IMG/VR virus record: IMGVR_UViG_3300024346_000006
Length of the DNA: 64,000 bases
Direction: 5' to 3' (one strand)
Source of the DNA: a virus
Lineage: Duplodnaviria > Caudoviricetes
Each line of letters begins with the position of its first letter. Position 1 is the stretch's first letter. A program made the position numbers and the translations under genes. Below the pieces are notes generated by a model. It did not search any database. It saw nothing but the letters and a program-made list of their open reading frames with translations, and was not told where the DNA came from. This document shows, piece by piece, positions 1 through 12,000 of the stretch.

Positions 1-2570
1 CTACCAAAGGCAGAACCAAAGTTCAATGCAAATCCATCTCTGGAAATTGCAGTAATGTTACTGGTAACAACTCCAAGTTGTGCAGTGCCCAATCCACGAC
101 CACCTGCGGCCGCTTGGAAGTTTGCGGTATTAATCTCTGGGAATTTATAGTAATCGTTAACAACTGTAAATCCAGTTGCGGAATCTGTTCCTAATGCACC
201 GTGGTCAGAGAGTGGAACATTCGCAGTAGAAGAGGTGTTCAAATATGAAAGTCCTCTACCATATGCTTCTGGAATTAATGCAACAGGTCTTGAGTCAGTA
301 GGAATTGTTGCATTCACTGGAAGTCCTGGCTTCAGTTTTCTACCATTTACATCAAAGATTTCCAATTCATCCAATGACTTAGATGTAACAGTTGTGGCAC
401 CAGTGGTTGTATCCAATGATTCACTAACCTCTGCAAAGAAACCGATATTGAAATCTGATGTTTCTTCTGGTCTAGAAGATGGTGAATACAAGCAGTGAAC
501 TGGAGACTTACCGTCTTCGAATTCAATTTTACCAGAAATGTTATTAACATGTCTTTGAACAACAAACCACGCATAATCGTCATCTTGGTCAACAGAGGCC
601 TGATCAAATATGAAAAGTCCAGTACCATGGTCTGTACAAGTCAGACGGAATGCAATTGGATATGTTGGTTCTGTATCGTCTGTAGTCTTACCTTGTCTAC
701 GGAAGAATCCAGATTTTGCTTTGTTACTATCGTTTGAGAAGTTATAGTAAATTTCACTAAGTTCACCAGGCTGTCTGTAAACTGCCTGTTTGATACCGTC
801 ACGACCTTGTCCTTTTGAAAGGTCTCCGTTATCTTTAATCTGCAATGCAGTAGCAACGTTTACATAAAGATATTCATCTCTAGTATCGTAGAAGAAACGC
901 ATTCTCCACTTCTGTGGTTTACGAGCATCTTTAACTGGTTGAGTCAACGAAACTGATGTTGGAATAGCATCTGTAGCACTATTAATTTCTTTCTTAGAGG
1001 AAAGTAAGTCAGTACCTTTTTCTGATTCCACAACAAACATATCACCAATTCTTTTAATTGCAGACATCACACTTCTGTGATTTTGTTGTCCAGAGTTTCC
1101 AACAGGAATTACTGTATTACTATCTGAGTCTACAAAAGGGTAGACGATATTATATGGTTGTGTTTCGAAATCGGATACAGGGATTGCGAGTCTCCACTTT
1201 CCAGTCGCATATGCTTTATCTCCTGCGACCATGCCTGCAACTCCATCATCAGTTGCATCTTCATATGTAAATGGATTATTTTCTTCGTTATTTGTGCTTG
1301 TCATTTCAAGAGTTGCAACATATGGATTTAATGTATGTCCATCTCCTGTAACTCTAAGAATTGCAACACCAGAACCAGTTACTTCGATAATTCTCTTACC
1401 ATCATCCGCAGCGGTAAAACCGTTTTGATCGTTAACACCGAATTGTACACCAGCATCGTCATAAAGTTCAACAATTGCACCATCAGTCGCACTACCCTTA
1501 ATTACAAGGGATGCAGACCTTTGAGGAACACTAGAAAACGCAGAACTGTAATAATTTCCATATGGGTGTAAACATAAATCTTTTGCAAGAGTTTTTAAAA
1601 AACCATCACTTGCAGAAGGATCTTGATCAGTATCGATAAAGTACTCTAAAAGAACTGTATCGCCAACTTGGAAAGACTCACTTCTCCATGTTACTGTTCC
1701 GTAATCAAATGCAAGTTGAGTCGCTGTTGTTACCGCTTCTACAGTGATTACTAAATCACTTCCACCATTATTTCCAAGTTCTGTGTTTGGAATAGTAATA
1801 GTGTCACCAACCCCATAGGTTACACCGAACTCCAAAGGAACAACTTTTGTTACTGTACCACCAGCATCAACGTACACTTGAAACGCTGCACCTTCACCAG
1901 CAACAGAATCTGTAGTCGTTGTTGCAACATAGTAAACGCCTGGTCTATGTGATGTTTGTCCACTAGTAATGTTTACAGAAGTAATTGCACCCAAACCCTC
2001 AAAGAACGAAACATAAAATTGTCCTTCATCTGGACTTTCATCAATTTTTGCAGATATGGTAGCAGCTGCAGCTGCATCATAATTGTTACCAGAAGAAGCG
2101 ACATCAACAGAAACAATTCTTCCAGAATTATCAGAAGTTGCAGTTACAACTGCAGGAGTTAATGTTCCACTAGTTGGTTCGCCGCCTCTAATATTTACAT
2201 TAAAAGTTGTATTTGGAGCATAACCAAAACCACCATCTAGAACGTTGATAGATTGAATTGCACCGTTTGCATCTAATTGAATTGAACCAAGAACAGAAGG
2301 AATACTTCCTTTTCTATATGTTTGTTTTAATGGGCGGGTAACGGTTGTAACAGTACCACCAACAAATACTCTTCTCTGAGAAGAAAGTGCGTATGGTGAG
2401 ATTCTGTCAAATTCATGTTGCGCCGGTTTTGATAGCCGTGTAAATGTCTGATTGAAACTATTCAAAAATTCGAACTTCTGTGAGTATTTCTGCTGTTGCA
2501 TAGATACCATTTCGTTTCTTTGAATAGAAAATCCACCAGAAAGAAACTCTGTCGATAATGCAGTAGTCAT
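1..2570 (-). CDS. Large virion structural protein, paralog A (partial, runs off the window edge; >856 aa; not in ORF track)
   Basis: ATG at 2570 after GGAG. Hand translation at several points in the same frame gives MTTALSTEFLSGGFSIQRNE..., ARKPQKWRMRFFYDTRDEYLYVNVATALQIKD and KSPVHCLYSPSSRP, matching motifs in the 1403 aa neighbour. Not every codon was checked. Confidence 0.85.
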   Translation of the reverse strand, partial: MTTALSTEFLSGGFSIQRNEMVSMQQQKYSQKFEFLNSFNQTFTRLSKPAQHEFDRISPYALSSQRRVFVGGTVTTVTRPLKQTYRKGSIPSVLGSIQLDANGAIQSINVLDGGFGYAPNTTFNVNIRGGEPTSGTLTPAVVTATSDNSGRIVSVDVASSGNNYDAAAAATISAKIDESPDEGQFYVSFFEGLGAITSVNITSGQTSHRPGVYYVATTTTDSVAGEGAAFQVYVDAGGTVTKVVPLEFGVTYGVGDTITIPNTELGNNGGSDLVITVEAVTTATQLAFDYGTVTWRSESFQVGDTVLLEYFIDTDQDPSASDGFLKTLAKDLCLHPYGNYYSSAFSSVPQRSASLVIKGSATDGAIVELYDDAGVQFGVNDQNGFTAADDGKRIIEVTGSGVAILRVTGDGHTLNPYVATLEMTSTNNEENNPFTYEDATDDGVAGMVAGDKAYATGKWRLAIPVSDFETQPYNIVYPFVDSDSNTVIPVGNSGQQNHRSVMSAIKRIGDMFVVESEKGTDLLSSKKEINSATDAIPTSVSLTQPVKDARKPQKWRMRFFYDTRDEYLYVNVATALQIKDNGDLSKGQGRDGIKQAVYRQPGELSEIYYNFSNDSNKAKSGFFRRQGKTTDDTEPTYPIAFRLTCTDHGTGLFIFDQASVDQDDDYAWFVVQRHVNNISGKIEFEDGKSPVHCLYSPSSRPEETSDFNIGFFAEVSESLDTTTGATTVTSKSLDELEIFDVNGRKLKPGLPVNATIPTDSRPVALIPEAYGRGLSYLNTSSTANVPLSDHGALGTDSATGFTVVNDYYKFPEINTANFQAAAGGRGLGTAQLGVVTSNITAISRDGFALNFGSAFG

Positions 2571-2601
2571 CTAATAATTCTCCTTTGAATGTTTTTTCTT
2601 A

Positions 2602-2609
2602 TATTTATA
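2602..2609 (-). promoter_or_regulatory. T4-type late promoter TATAAATA (second copy 2628-2635)
   Basis: Exact TATAAATA just upstream of the ATG at 2570. Confidence 0.7.
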
Positions 2610-2664
2610 ACTTTAAAGTGTTTCAAGTATTTATACCCAGTTCATATGATTATTTTATTTTATT

Positions 2665-5600
2665 TTAACTTCCTAATGTCGATCCAGGCGCTTTACCAGG
2701 CGTTACATCACTATATCTAATACTAGAACCAGTAACTTGCATAAACACTCTCATACCATTTCCATTTGGTAATGTTGCAGACATTCCCTCATACTTTCTG
2801 GCATTTTTTCTCCAAATATATTTAACCCCATCAGGGCCTTCATGTCCTGCATATCTTGTAACTTCGGCAGGAGAAGTTGAAGAAATTGCGGCAGGAACAA
2901 AAGAACCGCCTTTAAACTCTTCGTTTAATCCATCCGAATCATCATATTTGTTTATTTCTACATGTCCCGACTGAGTTGAGAAATCTGCAGAAGAAATACA
3001 AAGAATATCAAGTTCACTTTGTGGATAATAGAATCTTTGAGTTGTTATCTGAGTTGGGAACGAGAAAACAAAATTTCTATCTTGTGTGATAGAAAGTTGT
3101 TCCATCGGATTGATAACAGCATGAGAATCGATTTCGTGCATTGTTGCAGAAACGTGGAAATCCCATGGTTTCAATACATCTTGTTCTCTAACAACAAATC
3201 TATTGATTGTTTTTACTTCATTCATATTTCTTTCTGGGAAATCTCTGTCCTCTGGAATAGTTATGATGTATGCACTCTGAGCAGGATTTGAAGTAACATA
3301 ATTTATCAAAGAAATTGTCAATTCCGAACCCGCCCTTGGAGCAACTTTGAAATAAAATGTATGATTGAAGAAATCGTATATATATTCATTTCTCAAAGTA
3401 TTTGGTGAGGAGAATACAGGATCCCCTGGCAACTTATTTTGCAATAGATAATTACTTGTTGTCGTAACTGCTTGTGCATTAGTCAAACTAAAAGTTGGTT
3501 TTGTTGGATTTGCCGCATGTTGCGAGAAAAAGTTTCTTCCAGTTGAAGTATTTGAAGTTCCCGAATTAATTGCATATGGAGAGGTAAGTGAAATCACATT
3601 ATTATCCCACTCAACACTTGTACCATCTACAGATGGAAACTTAAAGTCTGCACCAAGTGCGTCAACTCCTGCAGCATCTAGAGATTCAACAAATCTCTGA
3701 ACTGTACTTGGGTCACCATTGTTAACCCAATCTTCATATGTCAAAATATATGCGCCGTTATCTCTAATTACCTCAACATCATCTAGTGCAACAACCAAAG
3801 ATTCAAAAACTTTGTCCATATTCCCAACAGGCGAACCAAATAGAATATCAAGCAATGCAGAATCCGCTTCTTTATAATCAACCAAACCAACAGATTCTGT
3901 TACAGTAGGAACACCTGTTCCACTTTGAGATGCATTTCTAAATGTAGACATTCTTTCAATAATGTTTTGCGGAAACGCAACATTTTCGGAGAATGAAATT
4001 CCTGCAGTGTTTGCAAGAACATAATTAGCTGAAATAGGAGTGGTTGCAGTTAACAGAGAACCACTTCTGTCATAATGTTCTAATACCGTAGTTGTAGTTT
4101 GTCCTGCTGTTGTAACTTGTTCAAGTGCAGCGGGAGAAGCAGATGCCCCAGCACTAAGTGCCACATCTTTTCTTCTTGGCAATGAGTTAAAACCTTGAAT
4201 TTGAAGGTCAAATACTGGGTCAATTACTTGTTGTGCCCATGTCGAACCAGAAAGTCCATCGGTTGGTACAATAATCCACTGTGGTGTCCCTGATTGATTT
4301 ACTGTAAAGTCTACCATAACATCACCAGAACTAGATGTTCCTTCTTCAATAGTTCCCTGTGCAGGGACAATTGGAGGGCCGGGAGCATATACCTGTGCTG
4401 TTCCAATAATATTCGCAGCAGACCAACCACTAACGAGTAGTTCTCCGTTTGATTTGTTATATGAAACAATACGTCCACCACCTGTACTTCCGTCAGACTC
4501 TAAAATATATTTGCCGGGCGTTAAAGTTTCACCAGCAACAGCGCCAGGCGAGTTTGTAATATCCACTTGTAGTTTGTATAGTGTTTGACCCCAAAGACTT
4601 TGATTTTCTGCCATCGCATTACTAGAGAAACCTCTAGTTAAATCTACTCTTATATCAGTGTGATATAATTGTCCAAGTGAGTTTTGTGTATTACCACCAG
4701 TTGCGTATCCAAGTGCAGTAAAGTCAATAGCATTAACAATACCGTTGAATAGGCCACCATCTCTGTTGACATAGATAGTTGGTGCTTCTGATCTGAAAAC
4801 TTGTCCAAGTGAGTTTTGAATTGGGCCAGGTTTACTCAAATCATCCAAATCTTGTGATGCAAAGTATGGTGTTAGACTTGAAACATCTACAGGACGTTTG
4901 CATGGTGAATATACACAATGCACTGGAGATTTTTCTGTAAACTCTGGTTGTCCAGTTGTTTGGTCAACATGTCTCTGTACTACTAACCATGCGTAGTCAT
5001 CGTCTTGATCTACTGATGCATGGTCAAATAAGAAAAGTCCCAAACCATGGTTTGTAACTGTAAGTCTATAAGACATTGGATATGTTGTTGAGATTGAGTC
5101 TTCTACTTGAGTTTTTCTAAACCACTGTGATTTTGACTTACTCATTTGTAAGATTGCGCCTCTGCCGATCGTTGGAGAGGTATACACATCGCACAATTCG
5201 CCGGGCTCTCTATAGACAGGATTTTTAATACCATCACGACCTTGTGGTTGTGAAATCGTAAAGTCATCTTTTAATTGATAAGCAGTTGCAACATTTACTT
5301 TTAAGTATTTTTCATCATCATTCCACTCAAATCTCATTCTCCACTTCTGTGGTTTTCTAACTGCAGAAGGAGAAAGGCTTGATGCAAAACTTAAGTTTGA
5401 GTCTGATAATAAATCGACTCCTTTGTTAGACTCGACTAAGAATCCATTTGTAATTCTTCTCAATGCATCTTTAACGTCTTCTTTATCGTTACTAACTGGA
5501 GTAGGATAAATCAAATCGAATGGTCTTTGGAAGTTATCATTTTCTTGGAATGTAAGCATCCAAGACGTGCCTTCCTCTGTAGTTACCAACTCTTCTTTCT

Positions 5601-6876
5601 GTCCAGTTGCAGTGGTCGCAGATGTAATATTTGGAGTACTATTTGTTTGATCGTAGAAAAATGCAACGAAACCATTTACTGCAGTACCTGTTGGTTGACT
5701 ATCTGATGTTGTTGCCTTTGAATATGCCCAGTAATCAGTGTCAACTGTATTGTTTTTTGGCCATGAATAATCATTTGCACCACCAGAAAGAGTTTCTTGT
5801 TGTGGTCCAAGTCCGCCAGGCCCCACCAATGCACCATACGGAACATCGACTGTCTTACCCCAATGGTAAGATACAGTAAACACACACTGACTTAGGTCTG
5901 CGACCCAAGGCATTACCTCTGTTCTCTTAAATTTAAATAGAGTTGATCTACCAGCATTATTAGAAGTTGCAACCCAATCTGTTTCTGGCAAAACTCTTCC
6001 ATTCAAAGAAACTCTAAATTCACCAGAACCAAGGTCAGAAATTGTTAGTGGGAAGTCGCCAATAATCGATGGCCATGTGCTCGAATCAGTAGAGTTAATA
6101 CTTGCAAACGGTGTAGAACCACCCGAACCTAAGTTTAATTCTGCAACTACTTTATGTTCTCTTACAACTTTCCAAAGTTTACTAGCAGTTAATTGACTCG
6201 CTGGTGTACCATCTTCGGAATAATCTCTATTATACTGAACTGGTAATACTTGTTGATACGCACTAAGATTTCCAGTTCCTGCGTCAATTTCATTAAGGAT
6301 TTCGCTTGTTGTAAAATCACTAGTAATTTCATTGCTAGGAGTACCATCTGCATCAGTATCAAAAGTTACATCTCTACTTAAATTTAAATTAAAGATTTCT
6401 GGGAATTCAAATGGATGAACTGTTAAATCGTGTGCCAGTTGGAATAAAAGTCCGCCATCATTTCCTGTGAAATGTGTAACATGTTCGATATACTTGATTT
6501 CGATTACTTCCCCAGAAATAGGACTGGTACTGTCAGCAAAAATAATTGCACCAAACTCTCCTAGTGCAGAATCGTATTTAATCGAACCCTGTCCTGCAGA
6601 AGTACTACCTTCCACATAAACTTTATCTCTGTATAATTCCGCATCAGTTGCAGTTACCCCAGACACCAATGAGTTATTACCAAAACTTCTGTTAAGGTAA
6701 AAACGTGTTTCTCCAATTCTAACATCCCATTCCCAATCCTTGTCGGTAATATCAACTCTTGATCTTAAAAAATAAGTATTAGCCCCACTCAGTGCATTGT
6801 GTGATTCCACTTGGCTGCGGTGAGGGACATCGATAATGTCATTTCTTTGTATGCTATATCCACTGGCAATAGACAT
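2665..6876 (-). CDS. Large virion structural protein, paralog B (1403 aa)
   Basis: Long ORF in the late block; shares SIQRN, KPQKWRMRF, SYRLTVT, PVHCVYS and RFVVREQDVLKP motifs with its neighbours. Confidence 0.8.
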   Translation of the reverse strand: MSIASGYSIQRNDIIDVPHRSQVESHNALSGANTYFLRSRVDITDKDWEWDVRIGETRFYLNRSFGNNSLVSGVTATDAELYRDKVYVEGSTSAGQGSIKYDSALGEFGAIIFADSTSPISGEVIEIKYIEHVTHFTGNDGGLLFQLAHDLTVHPFEFPEIFNLNLSRDVTFDTDADGTPSNEITSDFTTSEILNEIDAGTGNLSAYQQVLPVQYNRDYSEDGTPASQLTASKLWKVVREHKVVAELNLGSGGSTPFASINSTDSSTWPSIIGDFPLTISDLGSGEFRVSLNGRVLPETDWVATSNNAGRSTLFKFKRTEVMPWVADLSQCVFTVSYHWGKTVDVPYGALVGPGGLGPQQETLSGGANDYSWPKNNTVDTDYWAYSKATTSDSQPTGTAVNGFVAFFYDQTNSTPNITSATTATGQKEELVTTEEGTSWMLTFQENDNFQRPFDLIYPTPVSNDKEDVKDALRRITNGFLVESNKGVDLLSDSNLSFASSLSPSAVRKPQKWRMRFEWNDDEKYLKVNVATAYQLKDDFTISQPQGRDGIKNPVYREPGELCDVYTSPTIGRGAILQMSKSKSQWFRKTQVEDSISTTYPMSYRLTVTNHGLGLFLFDHASVDQDDDYAWLVVQRHVDQTTGQPEFTEKSPVHCVYSPCKRPVDVSSLTPYFASQDLDDLSKPGPIQNSLGQVFRSEAPTIYVNRDGGLFNGIVNAIDFTALGYATGGNTQNSLGQLYHTDIRVDLTRGFSSNAMAENQSLWGQTLYKLQVDITNSPGAVAGETLTPGKYILESDGSTGGGRIVSYNKSNGELLVSGWSAANIIGTAQVYAPGPPIVPAQGTIEEGTSSSGDVMVDFTVNQSGTPQWIIVPTDGLSGSTWAQQVIDPVFDLQIQGFNSLPRRKDVALSAGASASPAALEQVTTAGQTTTTVLEHYDRSGSLLTATTPISANYVLANTAGISFSENVAFPQNIIERMSTFRNASQSGTGVPTVTESVGLVDYKEADSALLDILFGSPVGNMDKVFESLVVALDDVEVIRDNGAYILTYEDWVNNGDPSTVQRFVESLDAAGVDALGADFKFPSVDGTSVEWDNNVISLTSPYAINSGTSNTSTGRNFFSQHAANPTKPTFSLTNAQAVTTTSNYLLQNKLPGDPVFSSPNTLRNEYIYDFFNHTFYFKVAPRAGSELTISLINYVTSNPAQSAYIITIPEDRDFPERNMNEVKTINRFVVREQDVLKPWDFHVSATMHEIDSHAVINPMEQLSITQDRNFVFSFPTQITTQRFYYPQSELDILCISSADFSTQSGHVEINKYDDSDGLNEEFKGGSFVPAAISSTSPAEVTRYAGHEGPDGVKYIWRKNARKYEGMSATLPNGNGMRVFMQVTGSSIRYSDVTPGKAPGSTLGS

Positions 6877-6902
6877 TCATATCTCCTTTGTATTTTTCTT
6901 TA

Positions 6903-6910
6903 TATTTATA
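6903..6910 (-). promoter_or_regulatory. T4-type late promoter TATAAATA
   Basis: Exact consensus upstream of ORF 2665-6876. Confidence 0.7.
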
Positions 6911-6952
6911 AAAATTTTTTTGTTGTTTTACTAAATTATTAAACTATCTTCA

Positions 6953-9001
6953 TTACACTGGTGTTCCTACAGGGTCATATGTGTCAAGATTGATATCACT
7001 ATTAAAGATATATTGTCCATTTACTAAGACTAGTAATCTCATTCCATTCCCAAACGCCATAGTTGAACGCATTCCTTGGTATCTTCTTTTGTCTGCATTA
7101 GTACCATTGTATAGGTATGTTGTCATTGGTACATTACTGGATTCTGCTACTACTTCTGCAGAAGAAAAACAAATCATATCCATTTCTTCTTTAGGATACA
7201 TATATCTCTGTGTTGTAAGTCCAGTTGGAAAGGTAATGATAAATCTATTTTCGTCCGTAATGGCCAATTGTTCTAATGGATTAATAACTGCATTACTATC
7301 TGTCTGATGTTTTGTTGCAAATTTATGCACATCAGTTGGTTTTAATACATCAAATTCTCTTACAACAAATCTCCAAATATTTTTTGCTTGCCATTCATCG
7401 GCAAGATAGTCTTCTCTATCGTATGGACTTAATATATAGAATGTTTTTGAATTGGACAGATTTGATAAATTGTATATATTTCCTGCTTCATCAAATACTG
7501 TATCTACCAAATCTTCTGCAGTCTGTAGGTTTGCTGCTTGATTGGAGAAGTAAATTCCAGCATCAGAAGAATAAAAACTTTCTCTAGAACAAGAGTACAT
7601 GCAATGAACAGGGAATTTTGACGCTTCATCAGTTCTTGGAAGTCCTGTTTCATTACTTGATGTTCTTTGGATACAGAACCATGAATAGTCATCTGCCTGA
7701 TCTGCAGCTGCATCATCATACATGTAAAGAACGATACCTTTTTCTGTAATAGTAAGTCTATACGAAAATGGATATGTTCCTTGCAGTTCTGCATTCATTT
7801 TTGGAAATCTTTTAAACCACCCATAACCTTTTCTTTTATTTCTAAATCTTATCGACCTATTATTAATGTATTTCTTATAATCGGTGCCGGCCGGAGCGGC
7901 CGATTGGTTAAACGAAGAACCTGTATCTGGTATATAGAAAGTTGCGAGTGGATACTCCGAAAAAGTATGAACTGTAGAAGAACCTGTTCCACCGGCAGTA
8001 ATATCTGCCTGATCTGCCGCAGCCTTATCTAAGTATACTGGATAATAATATCCTTGATTAATACCATAAGTACCAGTGTTTGTGTTTTGTCCAAAGACAA
8101 AATATGGCCCTGTGTTTGCAACATCTGCAGTGATAGTTACATCATCAAAATGCAAGTCTACCATTTCGCCCGGCATTCTTATAATAGAGGTATCAACAGT
8201 TGAACCATTTTGTAATGTAATTAATCCATCAGTCGAAAGTTGTGGATTTGAAATAGTACCATCCGTACTAATTTGATTAGATGTTCCTACATTTACCTTA
8301 AACCATCCATACATGGGATTTGGAATACCGACTGTACTTTCCCAACCACTATTTAAAATCCCATTATAACTGTAGCCTGGATGGTATTGGGGCTGATACT
8401 CTGCCTCTAGTACAGTATTTCCTTCTTGATACTGTGACCTTCCCTGTGATGCCATTCTAAGATTCAATTGATACAATTCGGAACTAAATTCTCTATCACC
8501 AGTTGTACCAACACCAGTACCCATTAAACGTGGGCGAAGATCAAATTCAAATCTTATTCTGTAATTTTGATCGATACCTCTCGCAACTGCACCAGATTTG
8601 GGTAGAGATTGATTAGTGGTCTGAAAAATCATGACATGTTGTTCTGGGTTAGTTCCATCACCAACCTGACTGAAGTTTGCAACACCAGCATACACACCAC
8701 TACCACCACCATTTGCAGAAGATGGACGGTTTAATGATATCTGACTAAAAAATTGTTTTGTTACCTGTGTTGTAACCAGAGTTTGTGTCTCATCAATTAA
8801 TTCATTACCAGCAATCGGGTCTCCAACGAACAATGGCCACTGTCTTGCCAAATCTTCAGCAAGCACGCCCATAAATCCGCCACTGATACTACCATCATTG
8901 CTATTTACGCCGCCGTTACCAATTACAGAAGTAAACGAATTTCTTTGACGAGATATTCCAAAATTAGGAAAGTAGTTTGGGTCTATATTTCTCTGTGCCA
9001 T
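6953..9001 (-). CDS. Virion structural protein, paralog C (682 aa)
   Basis: SYRLTIT, DDYSWFCIQR, PVHCMYS, WRFVVREFDVLKP and AVINPLEQL motifs shared with paralog B. Confidence 0.8.
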   Translation of the reverse strand: MAQRNIDPNYFPNFGISRQRNSFTSVIGNGGVNSNDGSISGGFMGVLAEDLARQWPLFVGDPIAGNELIDETQTLVTTQVTKQFFSQISLNRPSSANGGGSGVYAGVANFSQVGDGTNPEQHVMIFQTTNQSLPKSGAVARGIDQNYRIRFEFDLRPRLMGTGVGTTGDREFSSELYQLNLRMASQGRSQYQEGNTVLEAEYQPQYHPGYSYNGILNSGWESTVGIPNPMYGWFKVNVGTSNQISTDGTISNPQLSTDGLITLQNGSTVDTSIIRMPGEMVDLHFDDVTITADVANTGPYFVFGQNTNTGTYGINQGYYYPVYLDKAAADQADITAGGTGSSTVHTFSEYPLATFYIPDTGSSFNQSAAPAGTDYKKYINNRSIRFRNKRKGYGWFKRFPKMNAELQGTYPFSYRLTITEKGIVLYMYDDAAADQADDYSWFCIQRTSSNETGLPRTDEASKFPVHCMYSCSRESFYSSDAGIYFSNQAANLQTAEDLVDTVFDEAGNIYNLSNLSNSKTFYILSPYDREDYLADEWQAKNIWRFVVREFDVLKPTDVHKFATKHQTDSNAVINPLEQLAITDENRFIITFPTGLTTQRYMYPKEEMDMICFSSAEVVAESSNVPMTTYLYNGTNADKRRYQGMRSTMAFGNGMRLLVLVNGQYIFNSDINLDTYDPVGTPV

Positions 9002-9028
9002 TAATTTTTTCTCTTATTACTTTATCAA

Positions 9029-12000
9029 CTATTTATCTCTAAATATTGAAAGAATTTTTCCAGTTACAAAAGTAACTGGGTGCCATACAGTACACCATAT
9101 TCTTCCCACAATATCGTCTTTTTCTTTTTTACCAATACCTAAATGTCCTGCATAACCATCTCTACTTAAAATATACTTTAAGTGTTGGGTTCTTCTTTGC
9201 GCCAACCATCCACCAGACTTGGTTAAAGTACCACTCTTTCTCATTCCTTTAACCCAAGGCATGAATAAAAAATGATAACCTCTTTGGTGATACCGAGTCA
9301 AATGAGTTTTTGTATGCAATCCCCAAATCTTCATTGCTGTTTTCCAATCATCTAGTTGTGTTTGTCTGTACATTTCAGTACAAACAATCTTATCAGACTG
9401 ACTAGATGTGCCACTACCACCAGAATCACTAATGTTGTCATCTCTTGTTGGGCCGATCATTGCCCCAGGCGCTCCAGTTCCAGTAGAGAACACGCCATCT
9501 GGTTGATCCGATCGTAGACCTTGAATTTCATTATGTGTCATAGGACTATCAAAATATGTTACAGTTCCAGTTGATGGTTCATAGTGAGACATAAATGTTG
9601 GTTCATTATGATTATCATCACTACCACCGCCACCAGAAGTTACTGGAGTTCCATTTCCATCTGTAACAGGACTGCCAGTTCCATCTGTGACCACCATTAT
9701 CGGCCCATCAAATACGGTGTCATTATCACTACCGTTATCCTCAGGCGTCTGTACCGGACTTGTCTGTGCCGGCGGCCGTGACCAAGTTGTTCCAGTTCCA
9801 GTTCCATCACCTAAGAAGAAACAATTAAAGTAAGTTAGGCCACCCTGTACATAGAAGTTACCCACAAGACTAGGTGTAACTCTTAAATCGGTGAAATCAC
9901 CATCAACACCATCATCCATTTCAAGTGTAGTCCAACTGTTACTATTGTTTTCTGTTATCGTTTCACTACCCAATCTTCTTCTGAATATTTTATATAATGT
10001 ATATGTCATTGAGCCTTGGTTGAGACTCTTAGTACATACACCAAGTGCATCTTCTTCACCGTCATTTCTGTAATAACGATACCCATTATAATCTATAGTT
10101 TGATGTCTTTGATCGTCAATATTGAATGACCATGCAGCTCCTTGAGGATTAAACCCAGTACTATCTCCAAATCCGTACCAATTACCAGTACCAAATTCAT
10201 TTTGGACAGTTCCAAATATACCACTTTGATTGCCCTTAATCACCTCAGTTCCGTATTTGATGAATACCTTAGTATTTCCGTCTTGGTCTCTACCTTGTGC
10301 CCAAACTGACGTACCACCTGTAGCGTTCTCATCGCAATTGCCAGAATGAAAATACTCTGGATATTCTCTGGGGCCTAAACTAGAACTTGTAGTTCCAGTA
10401 GTTGTTTGGTGAGGCCTTCCGTCATCTTTGACTCTTGTTGTCATTGATGGCGCCCTGTTACTTTGCAATCCAGTACTTCTTAAAACATAGACATCATCTT
10501 CACTCATTGTAATTGTTTGTGTACTAGCATTCGGGCCAAATACAATTGACGATGGGCCAATTCCACCAGAGCCAATGTTAGTAAATGTCATTGTATTTTC
10601 ATAAGATGCTGATCTAGTAGTATTAAATGTTACTGTACATTTTTTAATTGGCCATGGATCTGGACTTTGAATGTCATTGTCAATATCACTTCTCTTTGCA
10701 CCTGTTACAACATAATCATCTGGCGCATTTACAGGGTCTGTAGATACATTAATACTTGGTAGATATCCAGCTGGTGGACTTGGACTGACGAACGGGCCAG
10801 GCGCTGTTCCACTTTTTTCTAATTTTGCGTAGTGTTCTCCATTTTGACAGAAATATACACGATATTTTTGTGATCCATTTTTCTGCAATTGGTAAGTATG
10901 AACTAAGTAATACTGTTTTCCTTTTCCGAATAAAAGAATTTCTTTTGAAGAAATTGAACCAGTTAGCTCTTGATTTCCTTCACAAGTTACATTTGCAACA
11001 GAGTACATAACAACTGTACCCCTATCATCAATTAGTGCAATGCCAGGCTTTGAGATTTTCGTGTAGTCATTTCCTTTAGAACCAAATACAACAACTACAC
11101 CATCTCCACCATCTCCTGAGTTAGATTCATATGTGCCTTCTTGAGTTTGACTGCCGGGCACCAAATCTAAATATGAAGTCTGATTTGATTGTCCACCTCT
11201 ACCAACTTTAATATCAACAATATCGCCAGGCGATACCATAAAGTCACCAAAGAATCCACTGGCAGCTGCCTGTCCACCAATAGTAGCACTTTTCGATGTA
11301 CTACTGTAATATCTCATACCATGTTGACCAGCTGCACCACCCGATCCATATACTGGATTTGGTTCCGATGGACTTCCATTAGTTGGGAATTCGCTAGCAA
11401 CTGTTGTACCAAAACCATGCCACGAAGAACCACCATCTCCACCATCATTATTAAAGAAATGTAATTCTCCCAATCCTGATGCTTCGAACCAGTAAGTATT
11501 AATTGGGAATTTTTCAACCAATGCACTTACAATATTTGCACCACTTGATGGAAGGTTTGCATAATATGACAATGGAGTACTTCGTAAGTTATCTCTTGTG
11601 TATTTCAAAGAGCTTGCTGGTAGAGTGGATAGAGCATAAGTTCTATTAGTTTCAACTCCACCAGCAACACTAATCAGTTGATTCTTTGTTGGTATAGTTC
11701 CCTGGCCAGGTATTGTAACAGCTGGTTCTGTTACTGTTGACCCAAACTGTGCTGCATATTCGGCAGTACCCACAACATAATTGATACCTTGGAATACTGT
11801 ATAATTTTGTTGACGGAAAAGGTTTCTGTCAATTACATTAGAGTTTCTTCCAACATATTTTTGATAAATTTTATCAATGGTTTCTGTATCTAGTGAAGTT
11901 TCTAATATGAAATTATTCATCGAAATTCCACCAACTCCAGCTGGTTGTGATGTAGTGCCACCATCCGTAACACACCAGTACCACTGTTCTGGGTCAGAAG

